NCBI GenBank assembly: GCA_963733375.1
Contig: CAVTDB010000005.1
Location: 1 to 17,442 of the forward strand
DNA from: Nitrospirota bacterium
GTDB taxonomy: Bacteria; Nitrospirota; JACRHJ01
Direction: 5' to 3'
DNA length: 17,442 nt
Within the stretch, counting starts at the first letter, position 1. Each line of letters opens with the position of its first letter. Shown here piece by piece: positions 8,106-17,442 of this stretch. Below the pieces are notes generated by a model. The model was not told the DNA's origin and did no database searches. It worked only from the letters and a program-made list of their open reading frames with translations. Both the position numbers and the translations under genes were made by a program.

Positions 8106-8870
8106 CTATGTTTTCCCTGGTACAAACGAGTAATGCACTCCGACCGCGTCCCCCAGGCCAACCGGGGGCGGCGGCAGTTTTTTTACCAGTTTAACAGAAA
8201 TAAGCGCCTGCTGGTCATAGAGATCAATTCCAGAAGAAGTTTCTATCTGCGCCTGGGTTATATTTCCAGCTCCGTCGATGACGAAAGATATTACGGCAGG
8301 TTTTTTTGGCAAGTTCCAAGGTACCCGATTTTCCCAAATCCCCTCTACCTTCTTCTGGATAAGATTTGCGTACCAAGAGTCGAAATTCCCTGAGAACGCC
8401 ACCGGGCCGGTTATCGCGCCCGGCTTTGCCTTGCCGCCTCCGCCAGCCGGTCCCTGTCCGGGGCCTACCGGCGCCGATGGCTGGATTTTCGCCACTTCCG
8501 GTTTTTCCGGCTCGCGCTTCTTCTTTTGCTCGGGCGGTTTTTTCTCCACCTCTTTTTTCGCCAGCTTCACCGGCTCTTTCTCCGGGACAGGCTTTACTTC
8601 TTTAACCGGTTTTTTTACCTGCTCATGGGATTTGCCGCCCCCGCCCGCCGGGCCCGGCAGGGTAGTAACGGTGACGTTGAATATCTGCAGCGCTTTCGGC
8701 GCCTTTCGGGCCGGCACAATCCAGATTATTCCGAAAACCGCCGCATGCAGGACGAGTGAGACGATGACTGCCGTCCAAAAAAAATCGCCCGCCTCTTCCG
8801 TCGAGGCGAACTTCTCCCTCTGGGGTTTTGCTCCCCCTTTTCCCTTTATTCTCCTTGAGGCAGTATTCAT
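8106..8870 (-). CDS. TolA/TonB-family energy transducer (probable TolA)
   Basis: Single TM with S-x3-H motif (SLVLH), Lys/Glu/Pro/Gly-rich linker and TonB-C-like domain (ISFVIDGAGNI...SSGIDLYDQQAL...LPPPP). Directly upstream of tolB-pal-cpoB. Confidence 0.85.
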   Translation of the reverse strand: MNTASRRIKGKGGAKPQREKFASTEEAGDFFWTAVIVSLVLHAAVFGIIWIVPARKAPKALQIFNVTVTTLPGPAGGGGKSHEQVKKPVKEVKPVPEKEPVKLAKKEVEKKPPEQKKKREPEKPEVAKIQPSAPVGPGQGPAGGGGKAKPGAITGPVAFSGNFDSWYANLIQKKVEGIWENRVPWNLPKKPAVISFVIDGAGNITQAQIETSSGIDLYDQQALISVKLVKKLPPPPVGLGDAVGVHYSFVPGKT

Positions 8871-8919
8871 TAAAAAACAAAGCCTTCCGGCGATCGGTTT
8901 GCCATCAAAAAATCTATTA

Positions 8920-8949
8920 ATTTTCGCATAACGGGCCGGCTGCTGTCAA
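8920..8949 (-). promoter_or_regulatory. Candidate sigma70 promoter for tolA-tolB
   Basis: Minus strand perfect TTGACA (8944-8949), 18-bp spacer, then TG-C-GAAAAT. Confidence 0.5.
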
Positions 8950-8957
8950 GCAAGCGG

Positions 8958-9734
8958 TCAATCGAAAAAAGGGAGGTCACTGAAGAAGAAGAGGGATTTT
9001 TTCGGATGCACCGGCTCCGGCGGCTTGACCTGCTCGTCCTTCAGTATCTTCTCCGGCACTGCCGTCACCATGGTCCGCGCGGCCCTGTCTCCCACCAGCT
9101 TCGCCACCTCTTTTACGGCCGTCGAAAGCACGGGCGGCCTTGGGCCGTTATCGTGGGCGTCGCTCGCTATCACGTGCACGAGCCTTCGCTCCAGCATGGA
9201 CAGCGCAAGTTTCCGGACGTCGTCTCCGAATACCCCCAGGAAGCTTCCGGCTGTCACCTGCATCAGCGCGCCCATGGAGACCAGTTCGTAAAGGCACTCC
9301 ACGTCCTTAAGCGCCCTCGGGTTCCTCTCCGGGTGCGCGATGAGCGGGACAAGACCCATCTCCCGCAGGGAATGCATCGCCTCGTAAATTTTTTCTGAAT
9401 CGAAAAGCGGCGGGAGTTCCGTAAGGACATACCTGGAACCGTTTATGGTGCAGTAAGAGCCGGATTTAAGTCCCGCCAGCGTCTCCTCGGACAGAGCGAT
9501 CTCCGAGGCGGGATACAGCTCGATTTCCACATCATCCGCCCTGGCCTGAAGCTCCGCCGTCAGCTTTATGACCTTCTCTTTGGGGTTGTCGTGACGGCCG
9601 GGTATGACGTGCGGGGTCATCGCGATGCCCTTTATCCCGTCGGCGGCGGCGAGCTTAAGCATCTGGAGGGACTCTTCCATCTCGCGCGGACCATCGTCCG
9701 CGCCTGGAAGGATATGGGCATGGAGGTCGTACAC
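8958..9734 (-). CDS. PHP-family tyrosine-protein phosphatase, CpsB/CapC/YwqE-like
   Basis: DLHAHILPGADDGP, MTPH, YVLTELP, IAHPERN, QVTAGS and IASDAH motifs. Likely start is GTG at 9734, 7 nt after the lysC stop, rather than 9830 as in the ORF track. Confidence 0.92.
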   Translation of the reverse strand: MYDLHAHILPGADDGPREMEESLQMLKLAAADGIKGIAMTPHVIPGRHDNPKEKVIKLTAELQARADDVEIELYPASEIALSEETLAGLKSGSYCTINGSRYVLTELPPLFDSEKIYEAMHSLREMGLVPLIAHPERNPRALKDVECLYELVSMGALMQVTAGSFLGVFGDDVRKLALSMLERRLVHVIASDAHDNGPRPPVLSTAVKEVAKLVGDRAARTMVTAVPEKILKDEQVKPPEPVHPKKSLFFFSDLPFFD

Positions 9735-9741
9735 TTCTACC

Positions 9742-11001
9742 TTACGCCCTTGTCTTCGGTTTGGCTGATTTTTTAGGTTTTTTCGGCGCCTCGCCGAGAT
9801 TAAAAGCCTTGTGGAGCGCCCGCACCGCAAGCTCCGTATATTTGCCGTTTATGACGCAGGAGATTTTTATCTCGGAGGTGCTTATCATCATAATATTTAT
9901 TCCCTCGTCAGCGAGCGCGGTGAACATCCCGGACGCGACGCCGGAATGCGAGCGCATACCCACGCCGATGATGGACACCTTGGAAATTTCGTCGTTCACG
10001 ATGACCTCTTCGCAGCCCGAGGCCTTCGCCGCGTCCTTTATCACGGGCATGGCCTTCTTAAGGTCTGTCTTCGGCACGGTGAAAGAGATGTCCGTATAAC
10101 CGTCCTTGCTGACGTTCTGGATTATCATATCAACAATGACTTTTGCGTCCGCGATGCTCCGGAACAGCTTCGAGGCCACGCCGGGTTTGTCCGGCACGCC
10201 GGAAAGCGTCACCTTCGCCTGGTTTTTATCGTATGCAACGCCGGAAACGACCACCTGTTCCATCGTCTTGTCCTCCTTCGTTACCAGAGTGCCCGGCGCG
10301 TCGTGAAAGCTCGAAAGCACCCTGACCGGTACGCTGTATTTTTTCGCGAACTCGACCGAGCGGGTCTGGAGCACCTTCGCGCCCAGGCTCGCCATCTCGA
10401 GCATCTCGTCGTATGAAATCTTGTCGAGCTTCCTCGCCTCAGGCACTATGTTCGGGTCCGTGGTATATACCCCGTCAACATCCGTATATATGTCGCAGAA
10501 ATCCGCCTTCAACGCCGCCGCCACCGCCACAGCCGTCAGGTCCGAGCCGCCGCGTCCGAGCGTGCTTACGTCTTGCTCCTCGGTTATGCCCTGGAACCCC
10601 GCCACCACCGCGACTTTATTCTTGGAAAGGGCGTCCCTGATCCTGCCGGCGTCTATGCTCTTTATCCTGGCCCTGGTATGCGCGTCGTCCGTGAGGATCC
10701 CCGACTGCCTTCCGGTAAAAGACACCGCGTCCACGCTTAGGTCTTTCAAGGCCATCGCGAGAAGAGCGATGGTGACCCGCTCGCCCGTGGAGAGCAGCAT
10801 GTCCATCTCCCGCTCGTCCGGGTTGGACGAGACGCCGCTGGCCAGCGCTATCAGCTTATCCGTCTCCCCGCTCATCGCGGAGAGGACGACCACCACGTCG
10901 TGTCCCTGCTTCTTGGTCCTGGCGACCCTCTTCGCTACGTTCTTGATCCTCTCGACGGTCCCCACGGAGGTCCCGCCGTACTTCTGGACTATCAGGCTCA
11001 A
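9742..11001 (-). CDS. lysC: Aspartate kinase (monofunctional, two ACT domains)
   Basis: [49 protein letters not shown] and ISTSEIKIS motifs. TTG start with GAGGAGG upstream. Confidence 0.97.
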   Translation of the reverse strand: MSLIVQKYGGTSVGTVERIKNVAKRVARTKKQGHDVVVVLSAMSGETDKLIALASGVSSNPDEREMDMLLSTGERVTIALLAMALKDLSVDAVSFTGRQSGILTDDAHTRARIKSIDAGRIRDALSKNKVAVVAGFQGITEEQDVSTLGRGGSDLTAVAVAAALKADFCDIYTDVDGVYTTDPNIVPEARKLDKISYDEMLEMASLGAKVLQTRSVEFAKKYSVPVRVLSSFHDAPGTLVTKEDKTMEQVVVSGVAYDKNQAKVTLSGVPDKPGVASKLFRSIADAKVIVDMIIQNVSKDGYTDISFTVPKTDLKKAMPVIKDAAKASGCEEVIVNDEISKVSIIGVGMRSHSGVASGMFTALADEGINIMMISTSEIKISCVINGKYTELAVRALHKAFNLGEAPKKPKKSAKPKTRA

Positions 11002-11011
11002 GTTGTCCTCC

Positions 11012-12220
11012 TCAAGGCTCCAAAAGACGGTCGATCAGCTTCCACCCTTCCTCGATTAAGAGTCCGGTCCCGGCCGCAGCCGCTTCGTCATATTTGGAAT
11101 TATTTATCTGTTCATCCTTCCCGGAATCCCATAAAACGAACGGCACCGGGTCGCTTGTGTGACTTTTTATCTTTATGGGCGTCGGGTGGTCGGGCATGGA
11201 CAGCACGCGGAAACCCGGCTTTCCCTTTACGGCGTTTAACACCGTCCCCACGACTTTTTCGTCGAAATCCTCCACCGCCTGCACCTTGTGGCGGAGGTTC
11301 CCGCCATGCCCGGCTTCGTCCGGGGCCTCCACGTGCACGTACACGAAATCAGCCGCGTCGAGCGCGGACAATGCGGCCTGTGCCTTGCCTTTATAGTCCG
11401 TATCGATATAGCCGGTCGCGCCTGGGACTTCTATTACCTTCATGCCAAGCGTCGCCGCTATCCCCTTCAGCAGGTCCACGGCGGAGATCATCGCGCCGGA
11501 GATATTATACCGCTCCTTGAAGGTAGGGAGCGCGGGTTTTTTGCCCTGCCCCCAGAGCCAGATCGAGTTCGCCTTGGACTTCCCCGCCGCCGTCCGCTTG
11601 CGGTTTACTTCATGTCCGGAAATCGCCTCCACCGACGCCTTCATCATACCCAGCAGGAAGTCCGCGCCCGGTCCGGAAGGCAGATGGCCACGGACAGGCT
11701 TGCCGGTTATGTCGTGCGGCGGAGTGCAGACTGCTCCGTCTTCGCCGCCCTTCCACAGCATGAGGTGACGGTAGCTCACGCCGGGGTGGAAACTCACGCC
11801 GTTTCGTCCGAGCCTTTGTTCCAGTTCATGCACGAGGGCGCGCGCCTCGTCCGTGGAGATATGTCCCGCCGAGAAATCCTCCATTACCGAAGACTCGTAT
11901 CCTTTTTCCAGCCCGGCGAGCGTAACCAGGTTGCACCGGTAGGCCACGTCCTCGGGCTCCAGCGGAAGTCCCATCGCGGCGGCCTCCAGCGGTGCGCGTC
12001 CGGTATAGTATTTTCGCGGGTCGTAGCCCAGGACGGAGAGGTTCGCAACGTCCGAACCCGGCGGCATTCCTTCCGGCACGGTCCTGGCAAGGCCCATCGT
12101 CCCATGCGAGGCAAGGTAATCAAGGTTTGGAGTCCTGGCATATTGAAGGACCGTCTTCCCGTCCAGTTCATCCAGCGGAAGACCGGCCATTCCGTCGCCC
12201 AATAACACGAGGTATTTCAC
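11012..12220 (-). CDS. apgM: ApgM-like cofactor-independent phosphoglycerate mutase family protein (subgroup proposed as an alternative homoserine kinase)
   Basis: [21 protein letters not shown] (catalytic Ser), [33 protein letters not shown] and HTSDPVP motifs. Intact ORF. Confidence 0.93.
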   Translation of the reverse strand: MKYLVLLGDGMAGLPLDELDGKTVLQYARTPNLDYLASHGTMGLARTVPEGMPPGSDVANLSVLGYDPRKYYTGRAPLEAAAMGLPLEPEDVAYRCNLVTLAGLEKGYESSVMEDFSAGHISTDEARALVHELEQRLGRNGVSFHPGVSYRHLMLWKGGEDGAVCTPPHDITGKPVRGHLPSGPGADFLLGMMKASVEAISGHEVNRKRTAAGKSKANSIWLWGQGKKPALPTFKERYNISGAMISAVDLLKGIAATLGMKVIEVPGATGYIDTDYKGKAQAALSALDAADFVYVHVEAPDEAGHGGNLRHKVQAVEDFDEKVVGTVLNAVKGKPGFRVLSMPDHPTPIKIKSHTSDPVPFVLWDSGKDEQINNSKYDEAAAAGTGLLIEEGWKLIDRLLEP

Positions 12221-12870
12221 TATTTCGCCCCCGCCTTGAGAAGAGCCTTCGCAACTTCCTCATGTTTCTTCGCCTTCGCGTATGTGAGCGCGGTTATGCC
12301 GAATTTATCCTTCGCGTTTACCTCCGCGCCGTGCTTTATAAGCTCCTTGACCACGCCGTTCCAGTCGGCGGTAGCTGCTACCATAAGCGCTGTCGTGCCA
12401 TCCTTACTCTTTATATTCGGGTTCGCCCCTTTTTCCAGGAGCAGTTTCACGATGTCCTCGTGCCCCATCGCCGCCGCGTAAACCAGCACGGTATTGCCGT
12501 CCTTAGCGCGCGCGTTCACTTCCGCACCTTTATCGATTAACATCTTCGCTATATCAGGGTGGCCGTTAAAAGCCGCGGCCATAAGCGGCGTGTAGCCGTC
12601 GTTATTTTTCAGGTTGGGGTTCGCGCCGGCCTTAAGAAGCGTCTCCGCCGCGTCTTTTCCGCCTTCCGCCGCCGCGCGCAGCAAGGGAGTATCCCCGTCA
12701 GTATTACGCGCGTTCACGTCCACATGCTTCTTTACAAGCTCGCGTATGCCTGCCGCGTCCCCCGACTTCGCCGCATCGAAAAGGGACTTCTCCATCGGCC
12801 CGGCGATAGCTGCCGCGGGGACAAAAATTACGGCGGCAACTATAAATATATTTAGAAACAGATTCTTCAT
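12220..12870 (-). CDS. Exported ankyrin-repeat protein (about 6 repeats); start at 12870 or 12882
   Basis: Signal-peptide-like MKNLFLNIFIVAAVIFVPAAAIA, then 33-aa repeats beginning GDTPLLRAA, GYTPLMAAA, GNTVLVYAA, GTTALMVAA and GITALTYA, plus an N-terminal cap repeat. Confidence 0.93.
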   Translation of the reverse strand: MKNLFLNIFIVAAVIFVPAAAIAGPMEKSLFDAAKSGDAAGIRELVKKHVDVNARNTDGDTPLLRAAAEGGKDAAETLLKAGANPNLKNNDGYTPLMAAAFNGHPDIAKMLIDKGAEVNARAKDGNTVLVYAAAMGHEDIVKLLLEKGANPNIKSKDGTTALMVAATADWNGVVKELIKHGAEVNAKDKFGITALTYAKAKKHEEVAKALLKAGAK

Positions 12871-12917
12871 CGACCCTCGCATGCGCTGGCGCCCGGTTCA
12901 AATGGCACCTCTAAGAA

Positions 12918-13973
12918 TTAATATCCCAGCGCCTTCACCACTTCTTCCATCGTTCCTTTTATGGAAAGCGGCTTGGTGGATACCTTGATAGCCGTGTCCG
13001 GGTCCTTGAGGCCGTGGCCGGTCAGAGTGCAGACGATGCGCGCTTCGCCTTTATAATAGCCTAAATTATTCAGCTTTATCACGCCGGCGATGCTCGCCGC
13101 AGATGCGGGCTCGCAGAATATCCCTTCGGTCGCGGCGACCAGCTTGTACGCCTCGAGTATCTCTTCGTCCGTGACCATGTCTATCACGCCGCCGGACTCG
13201 TCGCGCGCGGCCTCCGCGGTCTTCCATGACGCCGGGTTCCCGATACGTATGGCCGTGGCAACCGTCTCCGGGTTTTCCACCGGATGTCCGAGGACTATAG
13301 GCGCCGCGCCCGCCGCCTGGAAACCGTTCATTATCGGGAGCGAATTTATTTTCCCGGCGTCTTTATATTTTTTGTACCCCTTCCAGTACGCGCTGATGTT
13401 CCCGGCGTTGCCTACCGGCAGGGCGTGGAAATCGGGCGGGCCGCCCAGCGCGTCGCAGATCTCATACGCCGCGGAGGTCTGGCCTTCGATACGATACGGG
13501 TTGACGGAGTTAACAAGCGTGATGGGGTACTTGCTCGATATCTCCCGCACAGCTTCAGCGCCTCGTCGAAATTTCCTTCAATCTGGATCACGCGCGCGCC
13601 GTGCATCATCGCCTGGGCCAGTTTCCCAAGCGCGATCTTTCCCTTCCGGGATAAGCACGAACGCCTTTATCCCGGCCCGCGCCGAATACGCGGCGGCGGA
13701 GGCGGACGTGTTCCCGGTGGACGCGCAGATGACGGCTCCTGAGCCTTCCTCCACGGCCTTCGATATCGCCATCGTCATGCCCCGGTCTTTGAAAGACCCG
13801 GTCGGGTTCGCGCCGTCGAATTTAAGGTAAATATCGAGCTTCGGGTTTATAAGCTTCGCAAGGTTCTTCGTCCTGACCAGCGGCGTGTTGCCTTCAAGTA
13901 AAGTCACCACCGGCGTTTTTGCCGTAACCGGGAGAAACTCCCGGTACTCTTCGATTATCCCTTTCCAGGCCAT
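12918..13973 (-). CDS. thrC: Threonine synthase; frameshifts near 13640 and 13550
   Basis: EGNTPL, NPTGSFKDRG (PLP lysine) and CASTGNTSAS, then GKLAQAMMHGA, NSVNPYRIEGQ, PVGNAGN, TAIRIGNP, EPASA and LTGHGLKD, spread over three frames. Confidence 0.96.
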
Positions 13974-13987
13974 CTCTACTCCTTATA

Positions 13988-15292
13988 TTATTCTTCGCCC
14001 TCTACTCGTATCACTATCGTCTTCGCGGAAATTACTTCCAGTTCGTCTATTGTCGCGAGCGCTTTGCTGACGTTTCTCTCCACCGCCTCGTGCGTCATCA
14101 TGACGATGGGCACGGCACTCTCCTCGTCCCGTCCGTGCTGGATGACCGAAGCGATGCTTATGTCGTGCTTCCCGAGTATGCCGGAAATTTTGGAAAGCAC
14201 GCCGGGGCGGTCCTGCGCCGTGAAGCGGAGGTAGTACCGGCACCGCACATTCTCGATGGGCATATCTTCATCTTTTTTCTGTTCTCCCTGCTGAACGAGG
14301 CACTGGGCATCCTGCCGGGCTTCCCGTAGATGATGTCGCCTCGATATGTCCATCACATCCGAGACGACCGCCTAGGCCGTCGGCATGTCGCCCGCGCCGC
14401 GCCCGTAGAGCATCGCCGGGCCTAGAGCGTCGCCCTCACGTATACGCGTTGAAAACGCCGTCCACCTTCGCAATCAGATAGTCCTCCGGGAGCATCGTCG
14501 GGTGCACCCTCGCCTCGACTTCTCCGCCTCCAAGCTTGGCTATTGCAAGTAGTTTAATCTTGAACCCCAGCTCCCGCGCGTAGTGGATATCCTCCGGCAA
14601 TATGCCGGATATGCCCTCGGTATATATGTCCGCGAAGTTTATCGGCGTGCCGTAGGCAATGTCGGCGAGTATCGCAAGCTTGTGCGCCGGGTCTATGCCC
14701 TCCACGTCGAAGGTCGGGTCCGCTTCGGCGTATCCTAAGCCTTGTGCCTCTTCGAGCACCTCGTCGAAATCCCGCCCCTGGTCCGTCATCTTCGTGAGGA
14801 TGAAGTTCGACGTCCCGTTTATGATCCCGTAAATGGATTCAATGTTGTTCGCAGCAATGCCCTGCTTTATCGCGCCGATGATGGGTATGCCGCCGCCGAC
14901 GGACGCCTCGAAGCCGACTGGACGCCCGCCTTATCCGCCGCGGAAAATATCTCCTCGCCGTGCATGGCAAGCAGGGCCTTGTTGGCCGTTACCACCGGCT
15001 TACCATAGCCAGGGCGTATAGAATGAACTCCTTCGCCGGTTTGTGCCCGCCGATGAGTTCGATGACCATGTCCACCGTCGGATGGTGTATTACCTCGTGG
15101 CGTCTTTCGTATAAATACTTGCCGAAGCTTGAGCGCCTTAGCGCGCGAGGCGTCCAGGTCCGCCGCCTTGCCGAGCATAACTTCAGCGCCCAGCCGCCGC
15201 TAGATGATTTCCGCGTTATCCCGGAGGAGTTTCACCACTCCGGAGCCGACCGTGCCGAGACCGATAAGGCCAATGTCAATTTTAGATTTCAT
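13988..15292 (-). CDS. hom: Homoserine dehydrogenase with C-terminal ACT domain; several frameshifts and two in-frame TAGs
   Basis: [11 protein letters not shown] (Rossmann fold), [41 protein letters not shown] and ACT domain [22 protein letters not shown]. Lies upstream of thrC. Confidence 0.95.
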
Positions 15293-16466
15293 AAAATATT
15301 CTCCGAAAGCCTTCTTAAGTCCCTTTATCGCCTGCCTCGTCCTGTGCTCGTTCTCGATAAGTGCGAACCGCACCCTGCCCTCGCCGTCCTCTCCGAAACC
15401 TATCCCGGGCGATACCGCGACCTTCGCCTTGTCTATGAGCATCTTCGAGAACTCGAGCGAGGCCATGTGCTTGAACTTATCCGGTATCCTCGCCCATACG
15501 AACATAGTGGCCTTCGGCTTAGGTATCTCCCAGCCTATCTTGGCAAGCCCGTCCACCAGGCAGTCTCTTCGGACCTTGTAACCTCTGTATATCTCCGTCA
15601 CGCAGTCCTGGGGTCCGTTAAGCGCCATTATCGAGGCTATCTGTATCGGCTGGAACATCCCATAGTCCAGGTAGCTCTTTATCTTCTGAGCGCGCCCACG
15701 ATCTCCCTGTTCCCGCAGCAGAAGCCCACCCGCCATCCCGGCATGTTGTAGCTCTTGGACATCGAGAAGAACTCGACACCCACGTCCTTCGCGCCTTTTA
15801 CCTGCAGGAAGCTAGGGGCCTTGTACCCGTCGAATACCAGGTCCGCGTAGGCAAGGTCGTGGATCACCATGATTTTATGCTCACGGGCGAAGTCCACCAC
15901 CTTCTCGAAGAACTTTAGGTCGCAACCTGCGGTGGTCGGGTTGTTCGGGAAGCTGATAATCAGCATCTTCGGCGCGGGCCATGCCTGCTTGAAAGCGGAG
16001 GGCATGTCCTCGAAGAAATCCGAGTCCCGCCGTAGCGGGATGTGCCTGACCTCGCCGCCCGCTATTACTACCGAGTATGGGTGTATTGGGTAGGCCGGAG
16101 ACGGGCAGAGCACTACGTCGCCCGGCTCGATCGTAGCCAGGGCCAGGTGGCAAAGGCCCTCTTTCGCGCCCATCGTGGCGATGGCCTCGGTCTCCGGGTC
16201 GATGTCCACGTCGTAGCGGCGCTTGTACCAGTCCGCTATCGCGCCGCTGAGTTTCGGGATCCCGCGGCTGCCGAGTAGCGGTGGTTCCGCGGGTTGTACG
16301 CGGCCTCGACCAGTTTGTCCACGATGTGCTGCGGTGTACCCATGTCCGGGTTGCCCATCCCGAAATCGATGATGTCCTCGCCACGCTTCCTGGCCTCCAT
16401 CTTCATCTGGTTCACATGTGCGAACACATACGGCGGCAGGCGCTTTATCCTCGGGAAATCGAACAA
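15293..16466 (-). CDS. alaC: Class I/II PLP aminotransferase, AlaC/YfdZ (LL-DAP aminotransferase-like) type; frameshifts near 16275 and 15690, stop codon not seen
   Basis: [60 protein letters not shown] (PLP lysine), KSYLDYG, SPGIGFG and [11 protein letters not shown] start with GGAGG upstream. Confidence 0.85.
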
Positions 16467-16539
16467 AATAAAACCTCCGGTTATCTTTTCCTGAATTAGG
16501 CATACGTTCGCTTATTTATTTGCTTATTTTTTTCTGCTA

Positions 16540-16569
16540 ATCTTAGCTTGCCCGCCGGAAAAAAGACAA
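16540..16569 (-). promoter_or_regulatory. Candidate sigma70 promoter for the aminotransferase-hom-thrC operon
   Basis: Minus strand TTGTCT-N18-TAAGAT in an AT-rich gap about 75 bp upstream of the start codon. Confidence 0.45.
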
Positions 16570-17442
16570 GTAACACCGAGAGTAAAGTATAAACCGGATT
16601 TTTAAACACTGACTATTATTTATAGCTGCAAATACTTCTTCCGCGTTATAAGAGCTCCGGACAAACGGCGACGAGGCCACGGAAGGAAACCCATCGCCAT
16701 ACCCGCGCTCCCGTACCTCTCGAATACCTCCGGCCGGACGTACTCGTCGACCTCTATGTTCTCCTTCATGGGGCGGAGGTACTGCCCGACGGTCAGCAGG
16801 TCGCAGCCGGCGCCCTCAAATCCCGCATCACGGATATGACCTCTTCCTCCGCTCGCCCAGGCCGACCATCAGCCCGGACTTGGCGTACCCCTCCGCTCAT
16901 CTCACTGGCCCTCTTCAGGACCATAAGCGACCGTCCATACAACGCCTGCGGCCTGACTGCCGGGTAGAGCCTCGGCACCGTTTCGACGTTGTGGTTGAAT
17001 ATGTGCGGCCCGGCCTCGATTACCGCCCTTAGAGAGCCTTCCGAGCCCCGGAAGTCCGGCGTCAGGACCTCCACTACCATACCTGGAAACTCGGCCCTTA
17101 ACGTCCTCACCACGGCCGCGAACTGTCCGGCGCCGCCGTCGTCCAGGTCGTCCCTCGTGACGGAAGTGATGACGGCGTGCTTCAGCCCGAGCCTCCTCAC
17201 CGCCACCACAATGTTGCCCGGCTCGGCCGGGTCCACAGGCGCGGTCACGCCCTTCCTCACCGAGCAGAACCGGCACCTGCGGGTGCAGACGTCGCCCAGT
17301 ATCATGAAGGTGGCGGTAGGCTTCTTGAAGCATTCCCCGATGTTGGGGCACCGGGCCGATTCGCACACGGTATGAAGCCCAAGCCCCTTCAGCTCGGCCT
17401 TTACCTTTGCCAAATCACCCAGGCTGTATTTCTTCCGCGCGT
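16543..17442 (-). CDS. lipA: Lipoyl synthase; 5' end outside the window, about 4 frameshifts in the 3' part, exact stop uncertain (16543-16620)
   Basis: [12 protein letters not shown] (CX4CX5C), CTRRCRFC (radical SAM CX3CX2C), TSVTRDDL and HNVETV. Hand-read downstream frames give [19 protein letters not shown] and PFVRSSY. Confidence 0.96.

Noticed and set aside
9735-9830. Extended N-terminus of the phosphatase in the ORF track
   Set aside because: It overlaps the lysC 3' end and is not family-like; the family starts at M-x-D-x-H-x-H, matching GTG at 9734.
10421-12540. Long plus-strand ORFs (10421..11059, 10900..11520, 11288..12205, 11992..12540)
   Set aside because: They are antisense to intact lysC, apgM and ankyrin genes and have no domain signal. 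The same applies to the other plus-strand ORFs in the track.
12704-12901. 65-aa minus-strand ORF with a GAGGTG RBS overlapping the ankyrin 5' end
   Set aside because: It is an alternative frame of the ankyrin gene with no recognisable features; at most it hints at an uncertain ankyrin start.
14372-15202. Two in-frame TAG codons in hom (15200-15202, and 14372-14374 at the conserved Ser of PTASAV) as amber recoding or pyrrolysine
   Set aside because: TAG is the evident stop of dgkA, htpX, tolA and the ankyrin gene in this window, and hom lies in the most error-rich stretch. Base-call errors are the simpler explanation.
16467-16620. Riboswitch, T-box or leader-peptide attenuator upstream of the amino-acid operon; GCTTATTT direct repeat
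   Set aside because: The leader is short and AT-rich, with no stable terminator stem or Thr/Lys-rich mini-ORF. The repeat is low complexity.
388-17000. Programmed ribosomal frameshifting or true pseudogenes
   Set aside because: Breaks are numerous, share no slippery-site pattern and hit conserved genes (pal, tolB, lipA, thrC) whose motifs are otherwise undecayed.

Overview
Bacterial housekeeping window. It is GC-rich, and the Tol-Pal genes indicate a diderm; gene order is reminiscent of Nitrospirota/deltaproteobacteria (inference). All genes lie on the minus strand. In transcription order: lipA (5'-truncated) | alaC-like PLP aminotransferase - hom - thrC - exported ankyrin-repeat protein - apgM-like (possible homoserine kinase) - lysC - CpsB/CapC-like PHP phosphatase | tolA/TonB-like - tolB - pal - cpoB | htpX - phoH - 7TM-HD (PgpH-like) - ybeY - DgkA/PAP2 fusion - ftsY (3'-truncated). 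Ten genes are broken by single-base indels or in-frame TAGs, most likely uncorrected long-read errors rather than pseudogenes. I see no RNA gene, CRISPR array, transposase, prophage or defence system, and cannot claim a clearly new biological system. The best leads are a signal-peptide ankyrin gene coupled inside a thrB-less threonine operon, an orphan tyrosine-phosphatase-like gene, a PgpH-like protein with no extracellular domain, a kinase-phosphatase fusion, and stacks of different palindromic repeats in the tol-pal intergenic regions.
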